Assembly: GCA_051715345.1 (NCBI GenBank)
Contig: JBPXJQ010000004.1
Location: 89,019 to 110,668, forward strand
Reading direction: 5' to 3'
DNA: 21,650 nt
Source: Candidatus Blackallbacteria bacterium
GTDB lineage: Bacteria; Cyanobacteriota; Sericytochromatia; UBA7694
Each line of letters starts with the position of its first letter. The first letter of the stretch is position 1. The notes beneath the pieces were generated by a model that searched no databases, was not told the DNA's origin, and saw only the letters and a list, made by a program, of their open reading frames with translations. A program made the translations under genes and the position numbers. Below are positions 1-7,656 of this stretch, one piece after another.

Positions 1-461
1 CTGTAAGCAGCGGTATCGACATCAATTGAAAAGGTTGAAAGTGGGTTTTTTAAGGCCTCCAGAAAGGGATTCTCTGCAATTTTGTCGTAGCCTTCGGTGT
101 TAAATTCTTTATCTGTTGGGCTCTGATCTTTGGGGGTCATATCCTGGGGGGCCTGTCTCAGAAGTGGGCTTTCGTTCACCTTGCCACCCGTTACCATGCC
201 AGTGGTGACAGGTTTATTGGCCAGGGCTTCGGATTTGAGTTTGCGGGGGGGAGCGGGGGCCTGAAGGTTCATCAGTTTTTTTCCGTCATCGGATTCTTCG
301 GTGTTTAGTTGATCGACTTTGGGAGGCGCTGTTTGGGTTTTATCGGCGATCTGTGAGCCCTCTTGGTTGGCATAACAGCTGCTCAGGAGCAGCAAGAGGG
401 TCAGGCTGAGAGACAAAGGGGCTTTAAACGGGACTTTGAAAGAGATGGATTTGCGGTTCAT
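1..461 (-). CDS. Lipoprotein with a YfbK/BatA-like von Willebrand factor A N-terminal region. Only the 5' part is present; the 3' end lies beyond the window edge.
   Basis: The minus-strand ATG is at 461..459 and is preceded by GGAGG (474..470) at 8-nt spacing. It translates as [33 protein letters not shown], a signal peptide with a lipobox-like LSSC. Further on, [33 protein letters not shown] matches the conserved N-terminal motif (NTE.Y..I.EN.F......PLSTFS.DVDTASY) of YfbK-type VWA proteins. The reading frame stays open to position 1. The gene is missing from the ORF track because it is truncated by the edge. Confidence 0.6.
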   Translation of the reverse strand, partial: MNRKSISFKVPFKAPLSLSLTLLLLLSSCYANQEGSQIADKTQTAPPKVDQLNTEESDDGKKLMNLQAPAPPRKLKSEALANKPVTTGMVTGGKVNESPLLRQAPQDMTPKDQSPTDKEFNTEGYDKIAENPFLEALKNPLSTFSIDVDTAAY

Positions 462-516
462 GGGGGCTTCCTCCGGGGTGGTTTGATTCAAAGACACACC
501 AACCCTTCACAGGTGT

Positions 517-2394
517 TCAATCCAGAAAATTGCCCGCTGGGTCCGAAAGCGGGGAAAGGGCCTGAACGTGGTAGTGATCATCAGTTGCTTGCAAAAAAGG
601 CAGAGTTGAGGCACTTAAGATCACCCGCTTGAAGCTGGGATCACCTTCATCGTAATGGGCTTCTCCACCCAACAGAGACCAAGGGCCCTGGAATTTGATG
701 CGCCCATCGGCGGCTTTAACGGTGAGGGTATAGTTCTGTGCCACCCGTGTGGGAGAGCAAAGTTTTGCGCCAGGATAGCCCGCAGGGGCCTGTAGGCAGG
801 ATTCAAGCGTGTCGGCCATGCCGCCGGAGATATTCAGGCTGTGTGTTTTGAGCAACATCGGTTCGCTAAAAGTCAATGAAAAGGCCAAAGCACGCATGGG
901 CAGTTCTATTTGTGCCACTTGCTCCAAGCGCGGTGGGGTGGTGTCGGCCTGCACCTCAAAGGCCAGGGCCTCTTCAAAGTCGCCATCGGTGAGCTTGAAG
1001 TGTTTCTCTCTGCGGGCCACGCCGCTTTTGTCTTTTATATCGCGCTGATGATTGCCAAATGAATCGAAAGCCAGGGTATAGATTGGCAACTTGGCAGGAT
1101 CTTTGTCTGTGGGCAGGGCTTTGCCAGGTTTAAAGGCAAAGGTCGCTTGGGTGTCGTCGGCATTCCAGGAGATATCAAAGGCCGAGCTGTCGAAGATGGG
1201 GGTGCCTGTTTGGTATTGGTTGAGATTGCTGTAGTTGGGTAAAAGCACAGGGGATGGCGGCCTGGGAGGGGAATAAATGTAAGGAACAGGATCTGGCGCT
1301 GTGAACATGGCGTTTATTTGACTGGTTCCCACTGTGAGTTTGCGAGGGGCAAATGCCCGAATAGCAAAGGTGTCTTCTACACTTTGACGATCCATGGGCT
1401 CAGAAAAGGTCAACACAAAAGCGGTATTGGGGGACAATAGCTTTTGATAGCGGCTGGGCAAGGCAAGTGTGACTTCCGGCTTGTCGCTTAAACCATTGTA
1501 ATTCTGAGAAAAGTTCTCTGTGAGCGGATCATCATCTGTTCCAAAGTCATGTCGATTTGAATTTGGAGAGCCGTGGTTGTTACCGGTGAGCACTTCATAC
1601 CTGATTCGCGTTGTATAGCCAGGTTTGGTTGCTTTTATTTCAAGCACAATCCCTGAAGGATTACAAGGAAATTCATAATTCCCAGTCTTTGTATGAGTTT
1701 CATCAAAAAAGGGCAAAAAGCTTTTCATGTGACGGATTTCAATTTTAACGTTATCCAGCAATTGATGCTGATCTGAAAAAACCTTGCCTCGTAAATTATC
1801 CCACCCTGAAAGCCAAGTAATAACATCTAATTCTGGGGGAATGGGATATTGTATGGGACATACCGTTTCTGGAGAAATATGACTAAAGTTAAAGGGGTTA
1901 CCAGATTCCAAAATAATCTTTTTGAGACTTGGGTAATGGAGTGTTTGTTTTCCTGGCAAAATAAGCGGTTCCTCAAAAAACGCATGAATTTGGTGAATCA
2001 TTTTGTTTTCTGAATTGAAGGCTTCTAAAGAGAGAGATGTGATGCCAATCAAATCGGTTAAGCTCAATGAAGCCTTGTTTTGAGAAAATTTTTGGGCATG
2101 GATTTTCTCATTTAATAAAAGCCGGTAATATTGAACCTGTAAAACAGGTTCCCACGTGAGTTGGAGAACATCTGGAATTTTGGGTAAAACCCTTACAATG
2201 GGCTCAACATCAGAGGTAGGCCGTGACAAAACAGCAGATGGCGTGGGACTGGCTAAAATTGCTGGAGATATTGTAGCGCTGGGAATGGGGCTGGGTTTAG
2301 GCAGAATCCCTTGAGTTGTGCAGGCACACTGGCTGCTCAATACCAATGCCAGAAAAATACAGACTGAGACGGTTCTGTGATTGTGGAAACTCAT
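517..2394 (-). CDS. Secreted multi-domain surface protein, paralog 1 of 4. It has a signal peptide, a P/S/T linker, a CarboxypepD_reg-like domain and SbsA/Big_5-type Ig-like domains.
   Basis: This is a 625-aa ORF. The N-terminus MSFHNHRTVSVCIFLALVLSSQCACTTQG is a hydrophobic signal, followed by a Pro/Ser/Thr-rich linker. IKATKPGYTTR is a CarboxypepD_reg/PEGA-like motif. FSEPMDRQSVEDTF and FSEPMLLKT are Big_5 hallmarks. The conserved HFKLTDGDFEEA is present, and the C-terminal DPAGN is typical of a Big_5 domain end. The start overlaps the stop of the upstream paralog by 4 bp. Confidence 0.8.
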   Translation of the reverse strand: MSFHNHRTVSVCIFLALVLSSQCACTTQGILPKPSPIPSATISPAILASPTPSAVLSRPTSDVEPIVRVLPKIPDVLQLTWEPVLQVQYYRLLLNEKIHAQKFSQNKASLSLTDLIGITSLSLEAFNSENKMIHQIHAFFEEPLILPGKQTLHYPSLKKIILESGNPFNFSHISPETVCPIQYPIPPELDVITWLSGWDNLRGKVFSDQHQLLDNVKIEIRHMKSFLPFFDETHTKTGNYEFPCNPSGIVLEIKATKPGYTTRIRYEVLTGNNHGSPNSNRHDFGTDDDPLTENFSQNYNGLSDKPEVTLALPSRYQKLLSPNTAFVLTFSEPMDRQSVEDTFAIRAFAPRKLTVGTSQINAMFTAPDPVPYIYSPPRPPSPVLLPNYSNLNQYQTGTPIFDSSAFDISWNADDTQATFAFKPGKALPTDKDPAKLPIYTLAFDSFGNHQRDIKDKSGVARREKHFKLTDGDFEEALAFEVQADTTPPRLEQVAQIELPMRALAFSLTFSEPMLLKTHSLNISGGMADTLESCLQAPAGYPGAKLCSPTRVAQNYTLTVKAADGRIKFQGPWSLLGGEAHYDEGDPSFKRVILSASTLPFLQATDDHYHVQALSPLSDPAGNFLD

Positions 2395-3300
2395 GGTATC
2401 AATACCTTCAAGGGAGTTTGGCTGTTTGAAATTGGGTTGCCAGCCGGGTCAACAATATCAGCATTGGCGATGATTTCGATTTGACCCCCTGAGACAAAAG
2501 CGGGATGGGAGATTTGCGTACTCAAGACAATCGTTCTAAAACTGGCATCCCAAGCTGCATAACTGGCTTCTCCCCTCAACCTAGACCATGGCCCCTGGTA
2601 GCCAACCCGGCCATCAGGGCCTGTGACCTTGATTTGGTAATTTTCAGCAGCCTTGCTGGCAGTACAGGCTTTCGCCCCCGGAAAACCTGCCGGGGCCTGC
2701 TTGCACGAGGGCAACTCATCGGCCATTCCCCCGGCAATATTTAAACTGTAAGTTTTAAGCAACATCGGCTCGCTGTACTGGAGCAATAGTGTGGGCATTT
2801 GCCCAGAAAAACCAGCCCAAAGGGCCGCTTGCAGGCTGGGCATTTGCTGATCTGCTTTGACTTGAAACTGGTATGCGTCCTCAAAATCGCCGTCGGTCAA
2901 TTTGAAATGTTTTTCTTTGCGTTCTACGCCTGTTTTGTCGCGCAGGGTGTTTTTTTCATTTGTGAAATGTTTAAACGCCACTTGGTAATGGGGGGTAAAT
3001 TCGGGGTTTTTATCTGTGGGCAAAGACAAGCCTGGTTTGAATTGAAAGGTCACTTGGGTATCATCCGTATTCCAGGAAATGTCAAAGGCAGATGCGTCGT
3101 AAATGGGGGTACCAATCCCTGACTCTGCATTGCTGGCGATCAGACCATTGCCGTGTAATGTGTACTTAAATCCCATTTCTGAAGGGAATTTATTGATGGT
3201 GTTATCCACAGATAATTTGTGGTTTTTAAAGCTGCGCACAGTAAATGTATCTTCTACTGACTGTCGATCCATGGGTTCAGAAAATTTGAGGGAGAACAGA
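2222..3300. repeat. Direct repeat, copy A (~1.1 kb). It covers the 5' end of paralog 1, the gene junction and the 3' half of paralog 2.
   Basis: Long nucleotide stretches are nearly identical to 3735..4820. For example 2391..2470 matches 3901..3980, and 2560..2940 matches 4073..4450 at about 90% by eye. The + strand ORFs 2505..2744 and 3692..4273 translate to almost the same peptide. Similarity decays near 3300/4820. The end points are approximate. Confidence 0.7.
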
Positions 3301-3905
3301 GTATCTGGAGATACACGAAAACCATTGCGAGAGGGATAGACTTGGGTGATTTCAGGGAGATCGCTCAAACCGTTATAATCGGCTGAATAGCCGCCAATAG
3401 ATTTAGAAGAGCCAAAATCGAACCGGTAGGGTGTGGTGGGATCTTCTTTATATATACTGGTTTTGTCGGTCGTTTTACGGGGAGTATATCCTGGTTTTGT
3501 GGCGATTATTTTGACTTGAATGCCAAGTGGAACTTGGGTTATCTGGTATTTCCCATTCACAGTCTGGGTTGAGCCAAAGAAGGGAACGTCAGGATGGATA
3601 CTTTCTACAGTGATTTGAACTCCATCCAGAGGTTGGTGATTGTCATCATAAACCCAACCTTCAATAATTTCATGGTGTTCTTGTCTCACGGGTGGTCTAT
3701 CAGCCTGTAACTCAGAAGGTTTTGGGGTGGGTCGTGGCAGAACAGCAGATGGCGTGGGACTGGCTAAAATTGTTGGGGAAACAGAAGCTCGGGGAATGGG
3801 GCTGGGTTCTGGCAGAACCCCTTGAGTTGTGCAGGCACACTGGCTGCTCAATACCAATGCCAGAAAAAACCAGCCTGAGACAGCTCTGTGATTGTGGGAA
3901 CTCAT
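2391..3905 (-). CDS. Secreted multi-Ig-like surface protein, paralog 2 of 4. It is a chimera with an N-terminus like paralog 1 and a C-terminal half like paralog 3.
   Basis: This is a 504-aa ORF. The signal peptide MSSHNHRAVSGWFFLALVLSSQCACTTQG is nearly identical to that of paralog 1. Motifs present are IIATKPGYTPR, FSEPMDRQSVEDTFTVRSFKNHKLSV, HFKLTDGDFEDAYQFQVKADQQMPSL and YSEPMLLKTYSLN. The C-terminal ~330 aa are about 90% identical to paralog 3. Confidence 0.85.
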   Translation of the reverse strand: MSSHNHRAVSGWFFLALVLSSQCACTTQGVLPEPSPIPRASVSPTILASPTPSAVLPRPTPKPSELQADRPPVRQEHHEIIEGWVYDDNHQPLDGVQITVESIHPDVPFFGSTQTVNGKYQITQVPLGIQVKIIATKPGYTPRKTTDKTSIYKEDPTTPYRFDFGSSKSIGGYSADYNGLSDLPEITQVYPSRNGFRVSPDTLFSLKFSEPMDRQSVEDTFTVRSFKNHKLSVDNTINKFPSEMGFKYTLHGNGLIASNAESGIGTPIYDASAFDISWNTDDTQVTFQFKPGLSLPTDKNPEFTPHYQVAFKHFTNEKNTLRDKTGVERKEKHFKLTDGDFEDAYQFQVKADQQMPSLQAALWAGFSGQMPTLLLQYSEPMLLKTYSLNIAGGMADELPSCKQAPAGFPGAKACTASKAAENYQIKVTGPDGRVGYQGPWSRLRGEASYAAWDASFRTIVLSTQISHPAFVSGGQIEIIANADIVDPAGNPISNSQTPLKVLIP

Positions 3906-4820
3906 GGTATCAATACCTTCAAGGGAGTTTGGCTATTCGAGAGGGGGTTGCCCGCTGGGTCAACAATATCAGGATTGGCGGTGATTTCAACTTGGGCTCC
4001 TGTCACAAAAGCAGGATGAATAGATTTAGAGCTGAGCACGATGGTTCTATAACTGGCATCCCAAGACGCATAACTGGCTTCTCCCCCCAGCCTAGACCAT
4101 GGCCCCTGGTAGCCAACCCGGCCATCAGGGCCTGTGACCTTGATTTGGTAATTTTCAGCAGCCTTGATGGCGGTACAGAGCTGGGCCCCCGAAAAGCCTG
4201 CCGGAGCCTGTTTGCAAGAGGGGAGTTCATCAGCCATGCCACCGGCCAAATTCAAGCTGTAAGTTTTGAGTAACATGGGTTCGCTGTACTGGAGCAAAAG
4301 CGTGGGTGTTTGTCCCGAAAAACCAACCCAACGGGCCTCTTTTAAGCTGGGCATTTGCTGATCTGCTTTGACTTGAAACTGGTATGCGTCCTCAAAATCG
4401 CCATCGGTCAATTTGAAATGTTTTTCTTTGCGCTCGACACCTGTTTTGTCACGCAGGGTGCGGTTTTCATTTGTGAAATGTTTAAAAGCCACTTGGTAAT
4501 GGGGGGTGAATTCGGGGATTTTATCTGTGGGCAAGGACAAACCTGGTTTGAATTGAAAGATCACTTGGGTATCATCCGCATTCCAGGTGAAATTAAAGGC
4601 GGATGAATCGTAAATGGGGGTGCCGTTGCTTATTTCGTAAAAATGAGGCGATCCAAAATGGGTATTTGCATCTTTCCCGTTCAAAGTATACTTAAATCCT
4701 TGTTCAGAAGGGAATTTATTCATGGTATTATCCACAGATAATTTGTGGTTTTTAAAGCTGCGCACAGTAAATGCATCTTCTACAGACTGTCTGTCCATGG
4801 GTTCAGAAAACTGCAAGATG
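3735..4820. repeat. Direct repeat, copy B. It covers the 5' end of paralog 2, the gene junction and the 3' half of paralog 3.
   Basis: This is the partner of 2222..3300. It is offset by 1511 bp, which is exactly the length of paralog 2 including its overlaps. It contains a ~90-nt indel relative to copy A around 4610..4700. The end points are approximate. Confidence 0.7.
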
Positions 4821-5581
4821 AAATCTGTTATAGGAGACAAGCCTGTACCATTGCGGGCAGGGGTCACTAAAGTGACTTCGGGTTGGTCGCTCAGACCTTC
4901 GTAAGAAGCAGAAAAATCTTCTGTAAAGGGATTTGCATCTCTACCAAAATCATAGCGGTTATAATTGGGCTGCCCCCGGTTAGCCTTGATTATTTCTACT
5001 CTGCTGCGGGACGTATATCCTGGTTTTTGAGCGGTTAAATTCACCCTAGCACCTGCCGCAGCACAGGGAAATTGATAATAACCCCTCTGTGTTTTCTGCT
5101 CGGAGTAATAGGAAAATGAATAATTATTAAATTCTGCCGTTACCCGTACATCCTCCATCAACTGAGCATTATCATCAAAAATATAGCCTTGTAAAATATC
5201 ATTTCTTGAGACCCAATCTAGCTCGGCCTGATAGACTGCAGCACAACTTTCCGGTGTAAGACCAGTTTTGGTTGGAGAATAGACACTTGGTGTTGGCATA
5301 GGAAAGTAGGGGGGGAAGGGCTTTGATGTGGGACTTACATAGGGAGTCGCTGTTGGAACCAACGCAGGTGAGGCCGTGGCAATGGGTTGCACTGCCATTG
5401 TTGGCGAAGTCGAAGGAGTCGTTGTTTGCAACGGACTGGGACTGGCAGTGGGGCTCAAAGGAGTTGAATTGCAGGCGCTGATTCCCCCCAGCCCCAAAAG
5501 CAAAATACCCCCAAGCGACAGAGCTGAGCGCTGTCTGTGAAAATGGCTGTAAAGGATGTCTTTCAATGCACGATCAGCCAT
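3902..5581 (-). CDS. Secreted or lipoprotein multi-Ig-like surface protein, paralog 3 of 4.
   Basis: This is a 559-aa ORF. The N-terminus contains LSLGGILLLGLGGISAC, a lipobox-like ISAC, followed by a long S/T/P linker. Motifs present are LTAQKPGYTSRSRVEI, QFSEPMDRQSVEDAFTVRSFKNHKLSV and HFKLTDGDFEDAYQFQVKADQQMPSL. The C-terminus VDPAGNPLSNSQTPLKVLIP is nearly identical to that of paralog 2. The stop overlaps paralog 2's start by 4 bp. Confidence 0.85.
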   Translation of the reverse strand: MADRALKDILYSHFHRQRSALSLGGILLLGLGGISACNSTPLSPTASPSPLQTTTPSTSPTMAVQPIATASPALVPTATPYVSPTSKPFPPYFPMPTPSVYSPTKTGLTPESCAAVYQAELDWVSRNDILQGYIFDDNAQLMEDVRVTAEFNNYSFSYYSEQKTQRGYYQFPCAAAGARVNLTAQKPGYTSRSRVEIIKANRGQPNYNRYDFGRDANPFTEDFSASYEGLSDQPEVTLVTPARNGTGLSPITDFILQFSEPMDRQSVEDAFTVRSFKNHKLSVDNTMNKFPSEQGFKYTLNGKDANTHFGSPHFYEISNGTPIYDSSAFNFTWNADDTQVIFQFKPGLSLPTDKIPEFTPHYQVAFKHFTNENRTLRDKTGVERKEKHFKLTDGDFEDAYQFQVKADQQMPSLKEARWVGFSGQTPTLLLQYSEPMLLKTYSLNLAGGMADELPSCKQAPAGFSGAQLCTAIKAAENYQIKVTGPDGRVGYQGPWSRLGGEASYASWDASYRTIVLSSKSIHPAFVTGAQVEITANPDIVDPAGNPLSNSQTPLKVLIP

Positions 5582-7526
5582 TTAAGGTCAGGCTCACGTT
5601 GTTACGGGCGCTATCCACAGTATTGCCTGCGGGGTCCATCACATCTGCTTCAACCCGAAAGGTGAGACGCTCTCCAATTTCAAACAAGCTCGGAATTACC
5701 CCTTCGCTCAATGTTTGACCGCTGCTTAAAAGCTGAGCCAAACGGGTTTGAACGTCGGGATCTGTTGCTGCTCCGGCAAAGGCGGGCAAAGTCAGCCTGA
5801 CACTTTTGCGGCTGGCATCGCGGCTGAGATACTCCACCCGCCCACCGAGTTGGGCCCAACTGCCTTCGAATCGGGTTTGCCCCAGCGCGTCTTTGACCAG
5901 CAAAAGGTAGTTTTCAGCCGCTTTGGCAGATGTGCAATTGATGGCCCCTGGATATCCAGCGGGGGCCTGACGAAAGGCAGTAAGGCTATCACTCATGCCG
6001 CCCGCAATGTTCACGCCCAGGGTTTCGAGTAACATGGGCTCGCTGTAGTGCAGAATAAACCCGGCCCCGCGTGGCGACTGGGGATCGGGAGTGATATGGG
6101 TCAGCGTGGGTTTGACTTCGTCGATTTTGATAGAGAATTTGTAAGACTCTTCAAAATCGCCATCGGTCAGTTTAAAGTGTCTGTCACTCCGTGAAATACC
6201 GCTCTTGTCTGTCAACACGCGGTCTCCACCTGAGAATGCACGGAAAGCAACATTGTAATTGGGAACCAGGTTGCTGTCTTTGTCGGTCGGCAGCTGTTTT
6301 CCTTCTTTAAAGGAAAAAGTGGCTTCAGAGTCATCGCTGTTCCAGCTGATATTAAAGGCCGCTTTGCCCCAAATTGGGGTGCTATTGCCGGGCAAGAAAT
6401 TAGTGGCAACGAGATCTTTGCCAATCACCGTATTGGCCCCTCCTGCCACACGCAGATTGTCTGCATCCACCGTCAGTTTTCGATTGTTAAAAGCGAAGAT
6501 CATGAAATTGTTTTCAACTGTCTGTTTATCCATGGGCTCAGAGAATTTCAGCACGAAGCTGGTGTTGAACGCTACACCGGAGCCATTGCGGGCCGGAGTG
6601 ACCATCACCACTTCGGGTTTGTCGCTCAGTGCGTTGTATGCGGCAGAGAAGGTCGCTGCGCCTCCATCGGTACCGAAATCAAATCGATTTCCCTCAATGC
6701 CTTGCGGACGAGATTTGACAACTTCCACTCGACGTCGTTCTGAATAGCCTGGCTTTGAGGCCTTTATAGTCAGTGATATTGAACTTGGCACATTTTTGAA
6801 AGCATATTGGCCATAAACATCACCCTCTGTTTTATCATAATAATTAAAGGTCTGAGAATTTGAATAGACCTCCACCGTAACGCCTGAAAGGGGTGAAAAG
6901 CTGTCATCATAAATCTTGCCATAAAACGAATTCAATTCAAGATCTTCACAATTACACCTTCGGAATGGGGTTGGAGTAGGATCCGGTTGTCGTGGGGTAC
7001 GTTTGGGGGTTGGGCTCACTGAATTTATCGTATTTCGAAAGGGTTCAACTGAAGCAAGAGGGCTGGGTATAGGGTAAGGGATAGGACTGGGTATAGGGTA
7101 AGGTGTAGGGCTGGGAAGGCGGGCCTGGAGCTCAAATCTGAGTTCTCCCACAGCAGTCACCTGACCTCTGGCGTTGATACTTTCCAATTTAAGGGTGTGG
7201 CTGCCCAGGGCATAGCCGGTTAAATCCAATATCTCGCGCGGCAAGACCAAATTGTCTTTGTAAAGCTTGCCATCGAGCCAGAGGCGGTAGCTATAGGCCT
7301 CGGGTTGGGTATTCCAGCGCAGCTCATAAAAGGCGGAGGCAATGGGTTCCAGGCTGAGATTGAGGCGTGCATGCGGCAAGGAAGCCCTTGAATCAGGTGT
7401 GGGAGTCGGCGACGAGGGGGAGGGGAGAGAGAGCGGGGATTGAGAGCGGGGTTCACAGCCCCAAAGCCCCAAAACCAGACAGCAGCAAAAGATTTGAGTG
7501 GATAACCCCTGTGATCTGACCATCAA
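5574..7526 (-). CDS. Secreted or lipoprotein multi-Ig-like surface protein, paralog 4 of 4 and the most divergent. It has a YPIPSP repeat linker.
   Basis: This is a 650-aa ORF. The N-terminus MMVRSQGLSTQIFCCCLVLGLWGCEP is a signal with a lipobox-like LWGC. The Pro-rich repeat PSPTPYPIPSPIPYPIPSP is present. Motifs present are IKASKPGYSERRRVEV, KFSEPMDKQTVENNF, HFKLTDGDFEESYKF and HYSEPMLLETLGVNIAGGMSD. The C-terminus carries MDPAGN. The gene overlaps paralog 3's start by 8 bp. Confidence 0.85.
   Translation of the reverse strand: MMVRSQGLSTQIFCCCLVLGLWGCEPRSQSPLSLPSPSSPTPTPDSRASLPHARLNLSLEPIASAFYELRWNTQPEAYSYRLWLDGKLYKDNLVLPREILDLTGYALGSHTLKLESINARGQVTAVGELRFELQARLPSPTPYPIPSPIPYPIPSPLASVEPFRNTINSVSPTPKRTPRQPDPTPTPFRRCNCEDLELNSFYGKIYDDSFSPLSGVTVEVYSNSQTFNYYDKTEGDVYGQYAFKNVPSSISLTIKASKPGYSERRRVEVVKSRPQGIEGNRFDFGTDGGAATFSAAYNALSDKPEVVMVTPARNGSGVAFNTSFVLKFSEPMDKQTVENNFMIFAFNNRKLTVDADNLRVAGGANTVIGKDLVATNFLPGNSTPIWGKAAFNISWNSDDSEATFSFKEGKQLPTDKDSNLVPNYNVAFRAFSGGDRVLTDKSGISRSDRHFKLTDGDFEESYKFSIKIDEVKPTLTHITPDPQSPRGAGFILHYSEPMLLETLGVNIAGGMSDSLTAFRQAPAGYPGAINCTSAKAAENYLLLVKDALGQTRFEGSWAQLGGRVEYLSRDASRKSVRLTLPAFAGAATDPDVQTRLAQLLSSGQTLSEGVIPSLFEIGERLTFRVEADVMDPAGNTVDSARNNVSLTLNG
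7060..7115. repeat. Short tandem DNA repeat with a ~24-nt unit in about 2.3 copies. It encodes the YPIPSPIPYPIPSP linker of paralog 4.
   Basis: The sequence reads ctgggtatagggtaagggataggactgggtatagggtaaggtgtagggctggg, which is directly visible as an imperfect tandem duplication. Confidence 0.6.
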
Positions 7527-7656
7527 AAATCCCCCTCAAAAGCAGCGATTTTTCTCAAGACGCTGTTTCGAAGGGGGATGTTCCCATTTGGGCAAAAAAC
7601 CTGCGAAGGCCCCGCTTTTTCAGAGAATTCAGCCAGGTTTGCCGCTGTAAGCAGGC

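Noticed and set aside
363-632. An 89-aa + strand ORF spanning the gap between the VWA gene and paralog 1.
   Set aside because: It overlaps the well-supported minus-strand VWA gene start and RBS and the 3' end of paralog 1. Its low-complexity R/G/E-rich translation has no recognisable motif. It is most likely a shadow ORF.
2505-4904. Several 60-193-aa + strand ORFs (2505..2744, 2799..3122, 3103..3339, 3692..4273, 4355..4606, 4722..4904) that occur in matching pairs.
   Set aside because: They lie antisense inside the paralog genes. Their pairing merely reflects the underlying ~1.1-kb direct DNA repeat. The translations are Cys/Phe-rich nonsense without start context.
7527-7656. A possible intrinsic terminator between the GAF-DUF4388 gene and the paralog array (gtaagc-ag-gcttac).
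   Set aside because: The stem is only 6 bp with a 2-nt loop and no U-tract follows, so it is not convincing. The region more likely holds the array's promoter.
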